In this document: piece after piece, positions 1 to 7,638 of the stretch
How positions within the stretch are numbered: the first letter of the stretch is position 1
Layout: every line of letters starts with the position of its first letter
DNA from: an uncultured Gammaproteobacteria bacterium
GTDB lineage: Bacteria > Patescibacteriota > Patescibacteriia > Magasanikbacterales > UBA922
Direction of reading: 5' to 3'
Length of the DNA stretch: 38,223 nt
NCBI GenBank assembly: GCA_964390625.1
Contig: CAYMID010000005.1
Location: 1-38,223, forward strand
The notes under the pieces: generated by a model
What the model was told of the DNA's origin: nothing
The model's database searches: none
Seen by the model: the letters and a program-made list of their open reading frames with translations, nothing else
Position numbers and translations under genes: made by a program

Positions 1-2
1 TT

Positions 3-407
3 ATGATTAAGGAGGAAAGAATACATTTACTTCTCAATTGGAGTATACGTAAGATTAAATTTAATAGCCGCAATCGAGGGCCTTTTTTTAGTGAACGTGA
101 AATTTGGTGGGCGGCATTTGGTCAAAATGTGGGAACGGAAATTTATGGTAAAGGGCCTGATTCGACACGGCCTATAATAATTTTTAAAAAACATTCCCAT
201 AATTCCGCACTAGTTTTTCCACTCACAACCTTCAAAGGAAAAGAATACCGAGGATCTAAATCGATTTGGGTAGCCGATAAGCGTAGTTTAGTTTTATTTT
301 CACAGGCTCGAACAATTAGTAGTAAACGTCTTGTTAGAATGATGAAAAAGTTAAATACTAATGTGTTTGCTGAGGTAAAAAAAGAGTTTGTTGACTATTT
401 ATTATAA
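3..407 (+). CDS. PemK/MazF-like type II toxin family protein (start may lie upstream of the window)
   Basis: 134-aa ORF. 'EREIWWAAFGQNVGTEIYGKGPDSTRPIIIFKK...ALVFPLTT' resembles the MazF/PemK SH3-like fold signature. The ATG sits at nt 3, so the N-terminus is uncertain. No antitoxin gene lies inside the window. Confidence 0.5.
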   Translation: MIKEERIHLLLNWSIRKIKFNSRNRGPFFSEREIWWAAFGQNVGTEIYGKGPDSTRPIIIFKKHSHNSALVFPLTTFKGKEYRGSKSIWVADKRSLVLFSQARTISSKRLVRMMKKLNTNVFAEVKKEFVDYLL

Positions 408-411
408 ATTT

Positions 412-456
412 AACAACCCCATTGTGGGGGGTTGTTGGGCCCAGGCTTTTCTGGGC
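412..456 (+). terminator. Two consecutive GC-rich hairpins after the toxin ORF
   Basis: aacaacccc-attgtgg-ggggttgtt (412-436), then gcccag-gctttt-ctgggc (439-456). There is no strong T-run. Confidence 0.45.
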
Positions 457-535
457 AGTTAGGACTTATGCTATTGAACATTTCGTTAGCAGCCTATGAG
501 AAAATTGTATAGTGTTGTTTTATTTTTGTCAAACA

Positions 536-2068
536 ATGATTATTTTTAAAAAAATTATCACCTCAAAAAGTAAACAATTTGCCCTATCGTGTGCTGCTTT
601 TTTGGTTGGTGTGACAGTAGCGTACGCGCTCGAGCTTAGATTGCGATGGGAAATCGGGGTGTTTTTTGGGCTAACATGTTTGGTGGGGGTAGTTTATTTT
701 AAGCGGAGAAAAGGATTTATATTGGGGTTAGTATTTGCGAGTTTTTTTGTCGCTGGAATAATCCGTTACGGTCTGGCGTTTCCACGTGATTCACCTGCGC
801 GTGTGGAACATTACGAGGGTCAAGCTACAGTGATTGGGGTGATTGTGGCTGAACCAGATATACGTCTCGACAGCGTGCGGTATATTATTTCGGCCGAAAG
901 TGTGGATGGGTTTTTGGTTGAAGGGCGAGTATACCTGAAAAATGATCGTTACCCACAATTCGTGTATGGTGACCGCGTGCAAGTGTCCTGCAAGTTGGCC
1001 CGACCCGAACCAATTGTCGACGCGGAAACAGGTCAAGTATTTCGCTATGATTTATACGTGGGTTTGCAGCGTGTGTACGCAACGTGCAATCAAGCGCGCA
1101 TTACTAAACTAGACAGCGGACAAGGGAATGTAGCGATGGCCTTTATTTTGCGAGGCAAGCAACAATTGGCCGAAAAAATTAGTGCCCTGTGGCCCGAACC
1201 AGAAGCAAGTTTTATGGCGGGAATTTTATACGGGTATCGGGGTGGTCTGGGTGGTTTGAACGAACAATTTAGTCGCACTGGCGTGACTCATATCGTGGCC
1301 GTTTCAGGTTTTAATATTTCGGTCATTGCTACGATTTTAATTACGGCAGCGACCTATGCCTGTGTGCCACGACAGCGCGCGTTTTGGTTGGTTTCAAGCG
1401 CCATTGTGGTATTTGTGATTTTTACCGGTGCCTCGGCCTCAGTGGTGCGTGCAGGCGCCATGGGGATTATTGCACTATTGGCCAAGTATGTTGGCCGTTC
1501 ATCACGGATTGGTAATGTGATGTTGGCTGCAGCCACAATCATGGTAATCAATAATCCACTGGTGTTGTGGTCTGACGCAGGTTTTCAGTTATCGTTTTTG
1601 TCCACGCTTGGATTAGTGTATGTCGGTCCTTTATTCGAGTGTTGGCAAAAATATCTCCCAAATTTTTTTGGGCTACAAGAGAGTTTGCTATCAACTATGT
1701 CTGCGATCATCGCCACTTTGCCGCTTATTCTGTATCAATTTGGACGTTTATCAATCGTGGCGCCAGTTGTAAATGTACTGATTTTGTGGCTGATTTCTTG
1801 GTTAATGCTGGCCGGCGCAGTGGCGGTGGTGGTTGGTTTTGTCTCGTCTGCGCTCGGTGCGGTTGCGGCTTGGCCAGCCCACCTGGGGATGCAGTATATT
1901 ATTAAGGTCGTGGCCTGGTTTGCAGCCTTGCCGGGCGCAGCCGTGGATGTGCGTGCCCCAGCCTGGGTCGCCATTGTCGCTTATGCCGCTTTGGTGTACG
2001 CTATCTATCGTAAACAATTTTGCAAATTATATGGACAAAATCATTCTCCTACCAACGGAAAAATATAA
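536..2068 (+). CDS. comEC: ComEC/Rec2 competence protein, N-terminal OB (DUF4131-like) plus polytopic Competence channel domain only; no MBL domain
   Basis: Many TM helices and the ComEC core motif 'TGVTHIVAVSGFNISVIA'. ATG 536 is preferred over the GTG 512 used in the ORF track. The protein ends without a metallo-beta-lactamase domain. Confidence 0.85.
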   Translation: MIIFKKIITSKSKQFALSCAAFLVGVTVAYALELRLRWEIGVFFGLTCLVGVVYFKRRKGFILGLVFASFFVAGIIRYGLAFPRDSPARVEHYEGQATVIGVIVAEPDIRLDSVRYIISAESVDGFLVEGRVYLKNDRYPQFVYGDRVQVSCKLARPEPIVDAETGQVFRYDLYVGLQRVYATCNQARITKLDSGQGNVAMAFILRGKQQLAEKISALWPEPEASFMAGILYGYRGGLGGLNEQFSRTGVTHIVAVSGFNISVIATILITAATYACVPRQRAFWLVSSAIVVFVIFTGASASVVRAGAMGIIALLAKYVGRSSRIGNVMLAAATIMVINNPLVLWSDAGFQLSFLSTLGLVYVGPLFECWQKYLPNFFGLQESLLSTMSAIIATLPLILYQFGRLSIVAPVVNVLILWLISWLMLAGAVAVVVGFVSSALGAVAAWPAHLGMQYIIKVVAWFAALPGAAVDVRAPAWVAIVAYAALVYAIYRKQFCKLYGQNHSPTNGKI

Positions 2069-2543
2069 TGTGTGGAGTTCAGTCTCGCTATGGATTTTTT
2101 GTGGTTTAGGCATGTTTTTTGCTTTAATTTCAATTATATCAGCATTGCGTGAATGGCCTGGCCCAAGCAGTGTCAAGGGTTTGTTAATTGGCGTTCCTAT
2201 TTTTTTGTTCATGGCCTGGTTGCGGTGGCAGTTTATGGGCCAAAGTGTGGTTACACTCGATTCGCAGGGCATCACACAGCGCCAACCAGTAATCTCGCCA
2301 CACGTAGATTGGAATAATATTGCCTCAGTGCAAGTGCGTGAAAGTACCAATATGGTCAATGGAGCTGGAGCACAAGTACGCGTGCACCGTCGTATTGTCG
2401 AAATTCAAACCAAAAATAACCGCCGGGTAGTGATGGTGTTATCAACTTTGAATCCAACTGACCAACAAACTATCCAGCGGTACCTAACCGAAGCCGCACA
2501 GACAGGAAAAATACCAGTCGAATTACACTCTCGCTTACCATAA
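2031..2543 (+). CDS. Hypothetical 2-TM membrane protein with a soluble C-terminal (possibly bacterial PH-like) domain
   Basis: ATG 2031 (MDKIILL...) lies inside ORF 1833..2543. The upstream part of that ORF overlaps comEC in another frame. Two hydrophobic helices are followed by a beta-rich soluble part. The family assignment is tentative. Confidence 0.5.
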   Translation: MDKIILLPTEKYNVWSSVSLWIFCGLGMFFALISIISALREWPGPSSVKGLLIGVPIFLFMAWLRWQFMGQSVVTLDSQGITQRQPVISPHVDWNNIASVQVRESTNMVNGAGAQVRVHRRIVEIQTKNNRRVVMVLSTLNPTDQQTIQRYLTEAAQTGKIPVELHSRLP

Positions 2544-2544
2544 C

Positions 2545-3156
2545 ATGCGCAAGAAAAAACCCCTCGTATTGGATTCAGCTCGTGGTTATGACTTGGCTGC
2601 GCCCACGTACGACACCAAAGAAAAATATTTAAATAGTTTTGATAAAGGCCGCGTAGCTGCCTTGCTTGGTGACGTAAAAGACAGGGTGCTGCTTGATGTT
2701 GGGGCTGGTACTGGGCGGATCAGTGTAATCATGGCCCAAAAAGGAGCCCAGGTGACTGGAGTGGATGTTTCGCCTGAAATTGTCAAAGTGTTGGCGCGCA
2801 AAAATCGCCATATCACCGCGTTGGTGGCCGATGCCGAATCATTGCCATTTCCCGATGCTAGTTTTGATATTGTTACTGCAGCTTTTTTAATTGTGCACCT
2901 AAAAGACCCAACTCGTTTTTTTGACGAGGCGTATCGGGTCCTCAAAGATGATGGCCTATTGTTGATTACCAATGTAAATCAAAAAGACCCACCAATTATC
3001 GAGACCAAGGCTGGACCAATTGTGATTGAATCATATTATCATCGCCCAGAACGGGTGCACGAAATTCTGGAAGAGCTCGCGTTTACCATCGTAGCCGATG
3101 AATTTATTACCGAGGGGGGAGTGTGGATTAACCAAATTATTTTAGCGCGTAAGTAA
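2545..3156 (+). CDS. Class I SAM-dependent methyltransferase (Methyltransf_11-like)
   Basis: Motif I 'VLLDVGAGTGR', then 'VTGVDVSPEIV' and 'FDIVTAAFLIVHLKDP'. No DNA-methyltransferase motifs (DPPY / PCQ) are present. Confidence 0.85.
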   Translation: MRKKKPLVLDSARGYDLAAPTYDTKEKYLNSFDKGRVAALLGDVKDRVLLDVGAGTGRISVIMAQKGAQVTGVDVSPEIVKVLARKNRHITALVADAESLPFPDASFDIVTAAFLIVHLKDPTRFFDEAYRVLKDDGLLLITNVNQKDPPIIETKAGPIVIESYYHRPERVHEILEELAFTIVADEFITEGGVWINQIILARK

Positions 3157-3163
3157 ATAATCT

Positions 3164-3170
3164 AAGGAGG
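3164..3170 (+). promoter_or_regulatory. Strong Shine-Dalgarno AAGGAGG
   Basis: AAGGAGG lies 3 nt before ATG 3174. It is one of very few canonical SD sequences in the window. Confidence 0.7.
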
Positions 3171-3173
3171 TTT

Positions 3174-4130
3174 ATGAAAAAAATAATTTTCTTTTTTGCC
3201 ATTGGTTTTGCCATCGTGTTTGGTCTGTTGTTTTTGCAGCAACAAGGTCTGATCGATTGGCGAGTGTCGCTACCAAAATTTGTAACTAACCAGAATAATG
3301 AGAGCCATGGCAACAAGCTACGGGTGACTTTTTTGGACATTGGTCAGGGTGACGCAACGTTATTTCAATTTCCCAGTGGGCAAACCATGTTGGTTGACTG
3401 CGGTCCAGATGCAGGCATTTTGGGGGCACTGGGCCGCAATCTGGCCTGGAATCAGCGTACTATTGATTATTTAGTGGTTACGCATGCGCACGCGGATCAC
3501 TTCGGTGGTTGCATCGATGTGCTACAGCGTTTCACTGTGCGTGCAATTTATTACAGCGGATATGATGGCGATGGCGGTTCGTTGCTAGCTGCGTGGCACC
3601 AGGCAGTGGCAGCGGAACAGGTCGACGAAGGAGCCCAGTACGAAGTGGTCAGCGCGCCTAAATCCCTCACCGTCGGCAGCTCAACCGTGTCATTTATTTA
3701 CCCAAATCATCCGGTCAGCGACAAACCGCAAGTTCCAGGAGAAAAAACGATTGATGTAAATGACACATCCGTAGTCTTGCGGGTTACATATGGGACGCAA
3801 GATGTACTAATGACTGGCGACATGGAGGCCCCATTAGAACACTATTTAGTGCGTGTGGCTTCCTCCAGTTTACCGGCCGAGATTTTGAAAGTTGGTCATC
3901 ACGGTAGCCGTTCGTCGTCAAGCGAAGAGTTTTTGCGTGTGGTACAGCCCAAGGACGCGATTATTTCGGCTGGGGTAGGGAATTCATACGAACACCCTCA
4001 TCGCAGCACTCTGTATCATTTGCGCGATTTTGGGGTTACCATCTGGCGGACTGATGTCGGGGGTGATATACTAGCGTCAATTAGCCCCGAGGCCTATGTA
4101 CTCACGTCTTCGAAAAGTAATAATCATTAG
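3174..4130 (+). CDS. Membrane-anchored metallo-beta-lactamase fold protein, ComEC C-terminal-domain type
   Basis: N-terminal TM helix 'IIFFFAIGFAIVFGLLFL'. Motifs 'LRVTFLDIGQGDATL', 'VVTHAHADHFGG' (HxHxDH) and 'KVGHHGSRSS' are typical of the ComEC Lactamase_B part. Confidence 0.8.
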   Translation: MKKIIFFFAIGFAIVFGLLFLQQQGLIDWRVSLPKFVTNQNNESHGNKLRVTFLDIGQGDATLFQFPSGQTMLVDCGPDAGILGALGRNLAWNQRTIDYLVVTHAHADHFGGCIDVLQRFTVRAIYYSGYDGDGGSLLAAWHQAVAAEQVDEGAQYEVVSAPKSLTVGSSTVSFIYPNHPVSDKPQVPGEKTIDVNDTSVVLRVTYGTQDVLMTGDMEAPLEHYLVRVASSSLPAEILKVGHHGSRSSSSEEFLRVVQPKDAIISAGVGNSYEHPHRSTLYHLRDFGVTIWRTDVGGDILASISPEAYVLTSSKSNNH

Positions 4131-5226
4131 CACCCTGTTCCTGGTCCCAACCATTGTCCATGCTGCCGAGTTTGATTTTGTGGTTAGTCGTGGTGTGTGG
4201 CTATCTGACAAAAATGTCTTAGCTGGTGACAAGGTGAAGCTTTATACAGTCATCAGCAACAATGATTTTGCCAGTTTGACTACCCAGGTACAGTTTTTTA
4301 ATAGTGGCAAGAAAATTGGTGTTGTGCAAGTAAACAATCTTGTTCGCGAAGAAGCACGACAGATTGCTTTGGAATACACTTTGCCAAGTGGTGTTTACAC
4401 TATTTCCGTAGCATTAGCTAATGCTGTGGGTACTTTGGCTAATGGCGAAACACGTAGTTTGTCCGATGCTGAGCTAAAAGCTTCGCAAACCAGTGCTAGT
4501 TTGAATGTAGATTTAGATACTGATAAAGATCGCCTTGGTAATCTTGTTGATACCGATGACGATAATGATGGTGTACTTGATGCCAAAGAAACTCAACAGG
4601 GGACTGATCCGCTTAAATCTGATACCGATGGTGATGGCTTGTCCGATGGAGAGGAAGGCGTCCTTGGCTCTAACCCACTTAAAGTTGACACAGACGGTGA
4701 TGGTTTGAGTGATAAAGATGAAAAGGCTTTGGGCACTAGTTCAACTAAGGCTGACACCGATGGCGACGGCTTGTCTGATTTAGAAGAGAAAAAACGGGGC
4801 ACTAATCCATTACTAAAAGATACTGATAAAGATGGAGTTGATGATAAATTAGATGCCTTTCCTCTAGATCCAAAAGAAACTATTGACACTGATGGTGATG
4901 GTCGAGGTGACAATGTTGATACTGACGATGACAATGATGCACAAACAGATGCGGTTGAAAAAATCCAAGGTACTAATCCGCGCATAGCTAATGCACCACC
5001 AATCATTGTTAATTCCGAAACCACGAGCGTTACGATTGTACAGAATGGGACTTCGTCAGTGTCTAAAAATTCAGTGTTATTAAATTATTCTGACAAAACT
5101 AAATCTACAAAGTCATGGTTTAGTGTACCATTAGTGGCTGGTATAGCAGCGGTTTTTTCATTAGTATGTTCAATCGTATTTTGGTGGCAAGCGTGGCGGC
5201 GTTCGACTGGCTCGCCACGTGATTAG
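4096..5226 (+). CDS. Secreted, C-terminally TM-anchored protein with an Ig/CARDB-like N-domain and thrombospondin type 3 (Ca-binding) repeats
   Basis: Signal peptide 'MYSRLRKVIIISTLFLVPTIVHAA|EF', repeated DTDGDGLSD units and a C-terminal helix 'VPLVAGIAAVFSLVCSIVFWW' followed by RR. It overlaps the 3' end of the previous gene by 35 nt. Confidence 0.8.
   Translation: MYSRLRKVIIISTLFLVPTIVHAAEFDFVVSRGVWLSDKNVLAGDKVKLYTVISNNDFASLTTQVQFFNSGKKIGVVQVNNLVREEARQIALEYTLPSGVYTISVALANAVGTLANGETRSLSDAELKASQTSASLNVDLDTDKDRLGNLVDTDDDNDGVLDAKETQQGTDPLKSDTDGDGLSDGEEGVLGSNPLKVDTDGDGLSDKDEKALGTSSTKADTDGDGLSDLEEKKRGTNPLLKDTDKDGVDDKLDAFPLDPKETIDTDGDGRGDNVDTDDDNDAQTDAVEKIQGTNPRIANAPPIIVNSETTSVTIVQNGTSSVSKNSVLLNYSDKTKSTKSWFSVPLVAGIAAVFSLVCSIVFWWQAWRRSTGSPRD
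4510..4983 (+). repeat. In-frame tandem coding repeats (about 22-aa / 66-nt units) encoding DxDxDGxxD calcium-binding loops
   Basis: The protein reads DTDKD..DTDDDNDG..DTDGDGLSDGEEGVLGSNPLKV / DTDGDGLSDKDEKALGTSSTKA / DTDGDGLSDLEEKKRGTNPLLK / DTDKDGVDD.. / DTDGDGRGD / DTDDDND. Confidence 0.8.
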
Positions 5227-5239
5227 TATGATATACTAA
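5223..5239. promoter_or_regulatory. Perfect 7-bp inverted repeat TTAGTAT-gat-ATACTAA containing a TATACT hexamer
   Basis: It spans the stop codon of the TSP3 gene. TATACT (5232-5237) lies 17 nt before the pilM ATG. Confidence 0.3.
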
Positions 5240-5254
5240 ATCCAAACTTTCTAT

Positions 5255-6379
5255 ATGGGAATTTTCGGCAACAACGAAGAATCGTTTATCGGGGTTGATA
5301 TTGGTGCACACGGTATTAAGTTAGTTGAGTTACGCAAAAATAAAAATCGTCCACAATTGTGGACGTATGGCATGATTGATGAACCGTTGGACGTGCACCA
5401 AAAAACCACACCTGCGGTTGTACCAGTTGTACCAAACCCAACAACGCACAGTGCACAGCAGTCGCCGTTTCCTGAAATGTCCGTTGACGAAGAGCGCGTT
5501 AATATTTACGCCACTGTCCTCAAAACATTAGTCAAAAAGGCACGTGTTCAGGGGCGTCGGGCCACTGCTAGTTTACCAGTTTCACAAGTTTTTCACGCTA
5601 TTATCAATCTACCAAAAGTTGAAGATAGTCTAATCGATGGTCTGGTAAAAGCCGAAGTTTCCAAAATGTTGCCTGAACCATATGACAACATGCAGGTAGT
5701 GTACCAGCGTGTCACACTATCTGCGGTAGACGATAAAAAATTCATCCGTTTGTTGGTGACCGCTGCTCCTAAACGAATTGTAGCTTTCTATTCATCAATA
5801 TTTTCCCGCGCCGGATTGGAATTACAAGAACTAGAGACTGAGGCTTTTGCTTTGGCGCGTTCATTGGTTGGACGTGATCAGAGTGTCTCAATGGTGGTAG
5901 ATATCGGGGCAGAACGAAGTAATTTTTATATTGTTGATAACGGATTACCAATGACTCATCGTAGTTTGCAAGTCGGTGGTAAAAATTTTGATACAATTTT
6001 GGCTCAAACAATGGGTGTTGAAGTAGCTACGGTACAACAATTTAAACGCGATGCGGCGTTGTTGCCGGTTGATAGTTTGGACACTGAACCCTTTACGCGT
6101 TTGCTGGACCCAATTGCCAAAGAAATTCAGTATAGTTTTGAATTATATTTGCACCAAAGTGGTAACGAAGGAAAGCGACCTGAAAAAATTATTCTCACTG
6201 GAGGCGTGGCCTTATTTCCGCCAGTGATTAATTATTTAACCAAGAATTTTCCACTGCGCGTATTTATTGGTGACCCATGGGCTCGTGTGATGTATCAAGA
6301 TCGGCTTAAGGGGGTAGTTCGACATGTTGGACCACGTATTTCAGTTAGCTTAGGTCTGGCGTTGCGGAATTTTTCGTAG
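5255..6379 (+). CDS. pilM: Type IV pilus assembly protein PilM (actin-like ATPase fold)
   Basis: N-terminus 'FIGVDIGAHGIKLVELRK', internal 'MVVDIGAERSNFYIV' and C-terminal 'IILTGGVALFP'. It carries a Pro/Thr-rich insert (aa ~50-80). Confidence 0.75.
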   Translation: MGIFGNNEESFIGVDIGAHGIKLVELRKNKNRPQLWTYGMIDEPLDVHQKTTPAVVPVVPNPTTHSAQQSPFPEMSVDEERVNIYATVLKTLVKKARVQGRRATASLPVSQVFHAIINLPKVEDSLIDGLVKAEVSKMLPEPYDNMQVVYQRVTLSAVDDKKFIRLLVTAAPKRIVAFYSSIFSRAGLELQELETEAFALARSLVGRDQSVSMVVDIGAERSNFYIVDNGLPMTHRSLQVGGKNFDTILAQTMGVEVATVQQFKRDAALLPVDSLDTEPFTRLLDPIAKEIQYSFELYLHQSGNEGKRPEKIILTGGVALFPPVINYLTKNFPLRVFIGDPWARVMYQDRLKGVVRHVGPRISVSLGLALRNFS

Positions 6380-6391
6380 TCGTGTTATACT
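6362..6391 (+). promoter_or_regulatory. Candidate promoter TTGCGG-N18-TATACT with TG extension (TGtTATACT)
   Basis: It lies in the last codons of pilM. The -10 element ends 9 nt before ATG 6401. Confidence 0.4.
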
Positions 6392-6400
6392 GATCGCGGT

Positions 6401-6781
6401 ATGCCACGCAAAAAAACGCCTCATATTCTACTCGTCGAGGACGATGCCTTTTTAGCCGGAATTTACACACGGGCATTTACAGCTGCGGGTTGCAAAATCA
6501 CGGTCGCTGATAGTATCGCAGCAATCTTTAGTAATTTGCAAAAAAAGCGCCCGGATGTAATTTTATTCGAACGTTTACGTGCTGAAACAGGTAGCTTTGG
6601 ATTAATTGCTCAAATTAAAGCTGATTCAGTTGGCCGAAGCATTCCAGTAGTTGTATTAACTAGTTTGGGTGAGCGTGAAGATGTGAAGGGTGCTTTGGAC
6701 GCTGGTGCGGTTGATTATCTACACAAAGCACACGTTAAGCCAAACGAGGTTGTTTCCCGAATTTTATCTTACATCAATTAA
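6401..6781 (+). CDS. Stand-alone CheY-like receiver (REC) domain protein with Glu at the phospho-acceptor position
   Basis: 'ILLVEDDAF' (acidic pair), 'RPDVILFE57RL' where the family has D, 'VVVLTS' (conserved T) and 'DYLHKA' (conserved K). 126 aa with no output domain. Confidence 0.8.
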   Translation: MPRKKTPHILLVEDDAFLAGIYTRAFTAAGCKITVADSIAAIFSNLQKKRPDVILFERLRAETGSFGLIAQIKADSVGRSIPVVVLTSLGEREDVKGALDAGAVDYLHKAHVKPNEVVSRILSYIN

Positions 6782-6786
6782 ATTTT

Positions 6787-7242
6787 ATGACTTTACATTC
6801 TCGTAGGGGTTTTACCTTGATTGAATTGCTGGTGGTAATCGCTATTATTGCGTTGTTGTCGACTTTAGCTGTCGTTGCTCTTGGTTCAACACGTAAAAAA
6901 GCCAATGACACCAAACGTTTTTCAGATATTAAACAAATTCAAACCGCACTTGAGCTTTACTACAACGAGCATCAGGGGTATCCGGTTACCGGCAGCACAG
7001 GGGTAATGTTAGGAGACACCAACGCCGCTTGTCTCAATACCAGTGGTTTTGCTGCCCGTGGGTGTACTACTCCGTATATGCAACAAGTACCTCGTGATCC
7101 AAGTGGAACTGTGCTATACCAGTATCGGTCTTTGGATGGCAAAACCTATGTAATTGATTTTACGCTCGAAAGCGGCGTAGATAGTGTAAATTTGGCGGCT
7201 GGTTCGGTTCAGGCTACGCCATCACAAATTAAGAATAAATAA
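6787..7242 (+). CDS. Type IV pilin / pseudopilin with prepilin N-terminal cleavage-methylation motif
   Basis: 'RRG|FTLIELLVVIAIIALLSTLAVVAL' class III signal peptide with Glu at +5. A Cys pair (CLNTSGFAARGC) suggests a disulfide loop. Confidence 0.85.
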   Translation: MTLHSRRGFTLIELLVVIAIIALLSTLAVVALGSTRKKANDTKRFSDIKQIQTALELYYNEHQGYPVTGSTGVMLGDTNAACLNTSGFAARGCTTPYMQQVPRDPSGTVLYQYRSLDGKTYVIDFTLESGVDSVNLAAGSVQATPSQIKNK

Positions 7243-7256
7243 GCCAAAATTAGCCC

Positions 7257-7282
7257 AAAATCCCTCATTAGAGGGGTTTTTT
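7257..7282 (+). terminator. Rho-independent terminator
   Basis: aaaatccctc-atta-gaggggtttttt followed by gtttt. Confidence 0.7.
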
Positions 7283-7302
7283 GTTTTAAATTTAAAATTC
7301 CA

Positions 7303-7331
7303 TTGACGGGCCTGTCAAAATCCTGTATTAT
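7303..7331 (+). promoter_or_regulatory. Sigma70-type promoter TTGACG-N17-TATTAT (atp operon)
   Basis: The hexamers are at 7303-7308 and 7326-7331, directly after the terminator and before the atp operon. Confidence 0.65.
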
Positions 7332-7350
7332 AGGGGCGTTTTCGTGTTCT

Positions 7351-7638
7351 ATGCCCCTATTTGCCAGTGAACAAGATCGAAAGTACGCCACGTTTGGCCT
7401 ACGGATTGTGGGTGATTTTGGGGCCAGTATTGCGATTCCTGTAGTAGTTTTAGTTTGGCTTGCACAGCGGCTTGAGATTAAGTTTGGCCATGCGCCGTAC
7501 TTAACTATCATCGCCTTTGTTGTGGCAGCCGCATTCTCTGGTTGGAGTGTGTATAGTAAGGCTAAGACCTATGCAGTTGAGTATCAAAAACTTAACGAAG
7601 CTGTCGCTAAAGTCAAAAAACCAATTACCAAATTATGA
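7351..7638 (+). CDS. AtpZ/AtpI-like small membrane protein of the ATP synthase operon
   Basis: 95 aa with two TM helices, in first position of the atp operon. ATG 7351 was chosen because the ORF-track start at 7303 is the -35 box. Its stop overlaps the atpB start (ATGA). Confidence 0.55.
   Translation: MPLFASEQDRKYATFGLRIVGDFGASIAIPVVVLVWLAQRLEIKFGHAPYLTIIAFVVAAAFSGWSVYSKAKTYAVEYQKLNEAVAKVKKPITKL

Noticed and set aside
1833-2030. The N-terminal 66 codons of ORF 1833..2543, which would give a 236-aa protein.
   Set aside because: This part lies entirely inside the comEC coding region in another frame, and its composition is Arg/Pro/Cys-rich and not protein-like. The membrane protein starts convincingly at ATG 2031.
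4510-4983. Periodic ~66-nt repeats that could be mistaken for a CRISPR-like or satellite array.
   Set aside because: The repeats are in frame and encode canonical Ca-binding DxDxDGxxD loops. They have no unique spacers and lie inside a protein with a signal peptide and a TM anchor.
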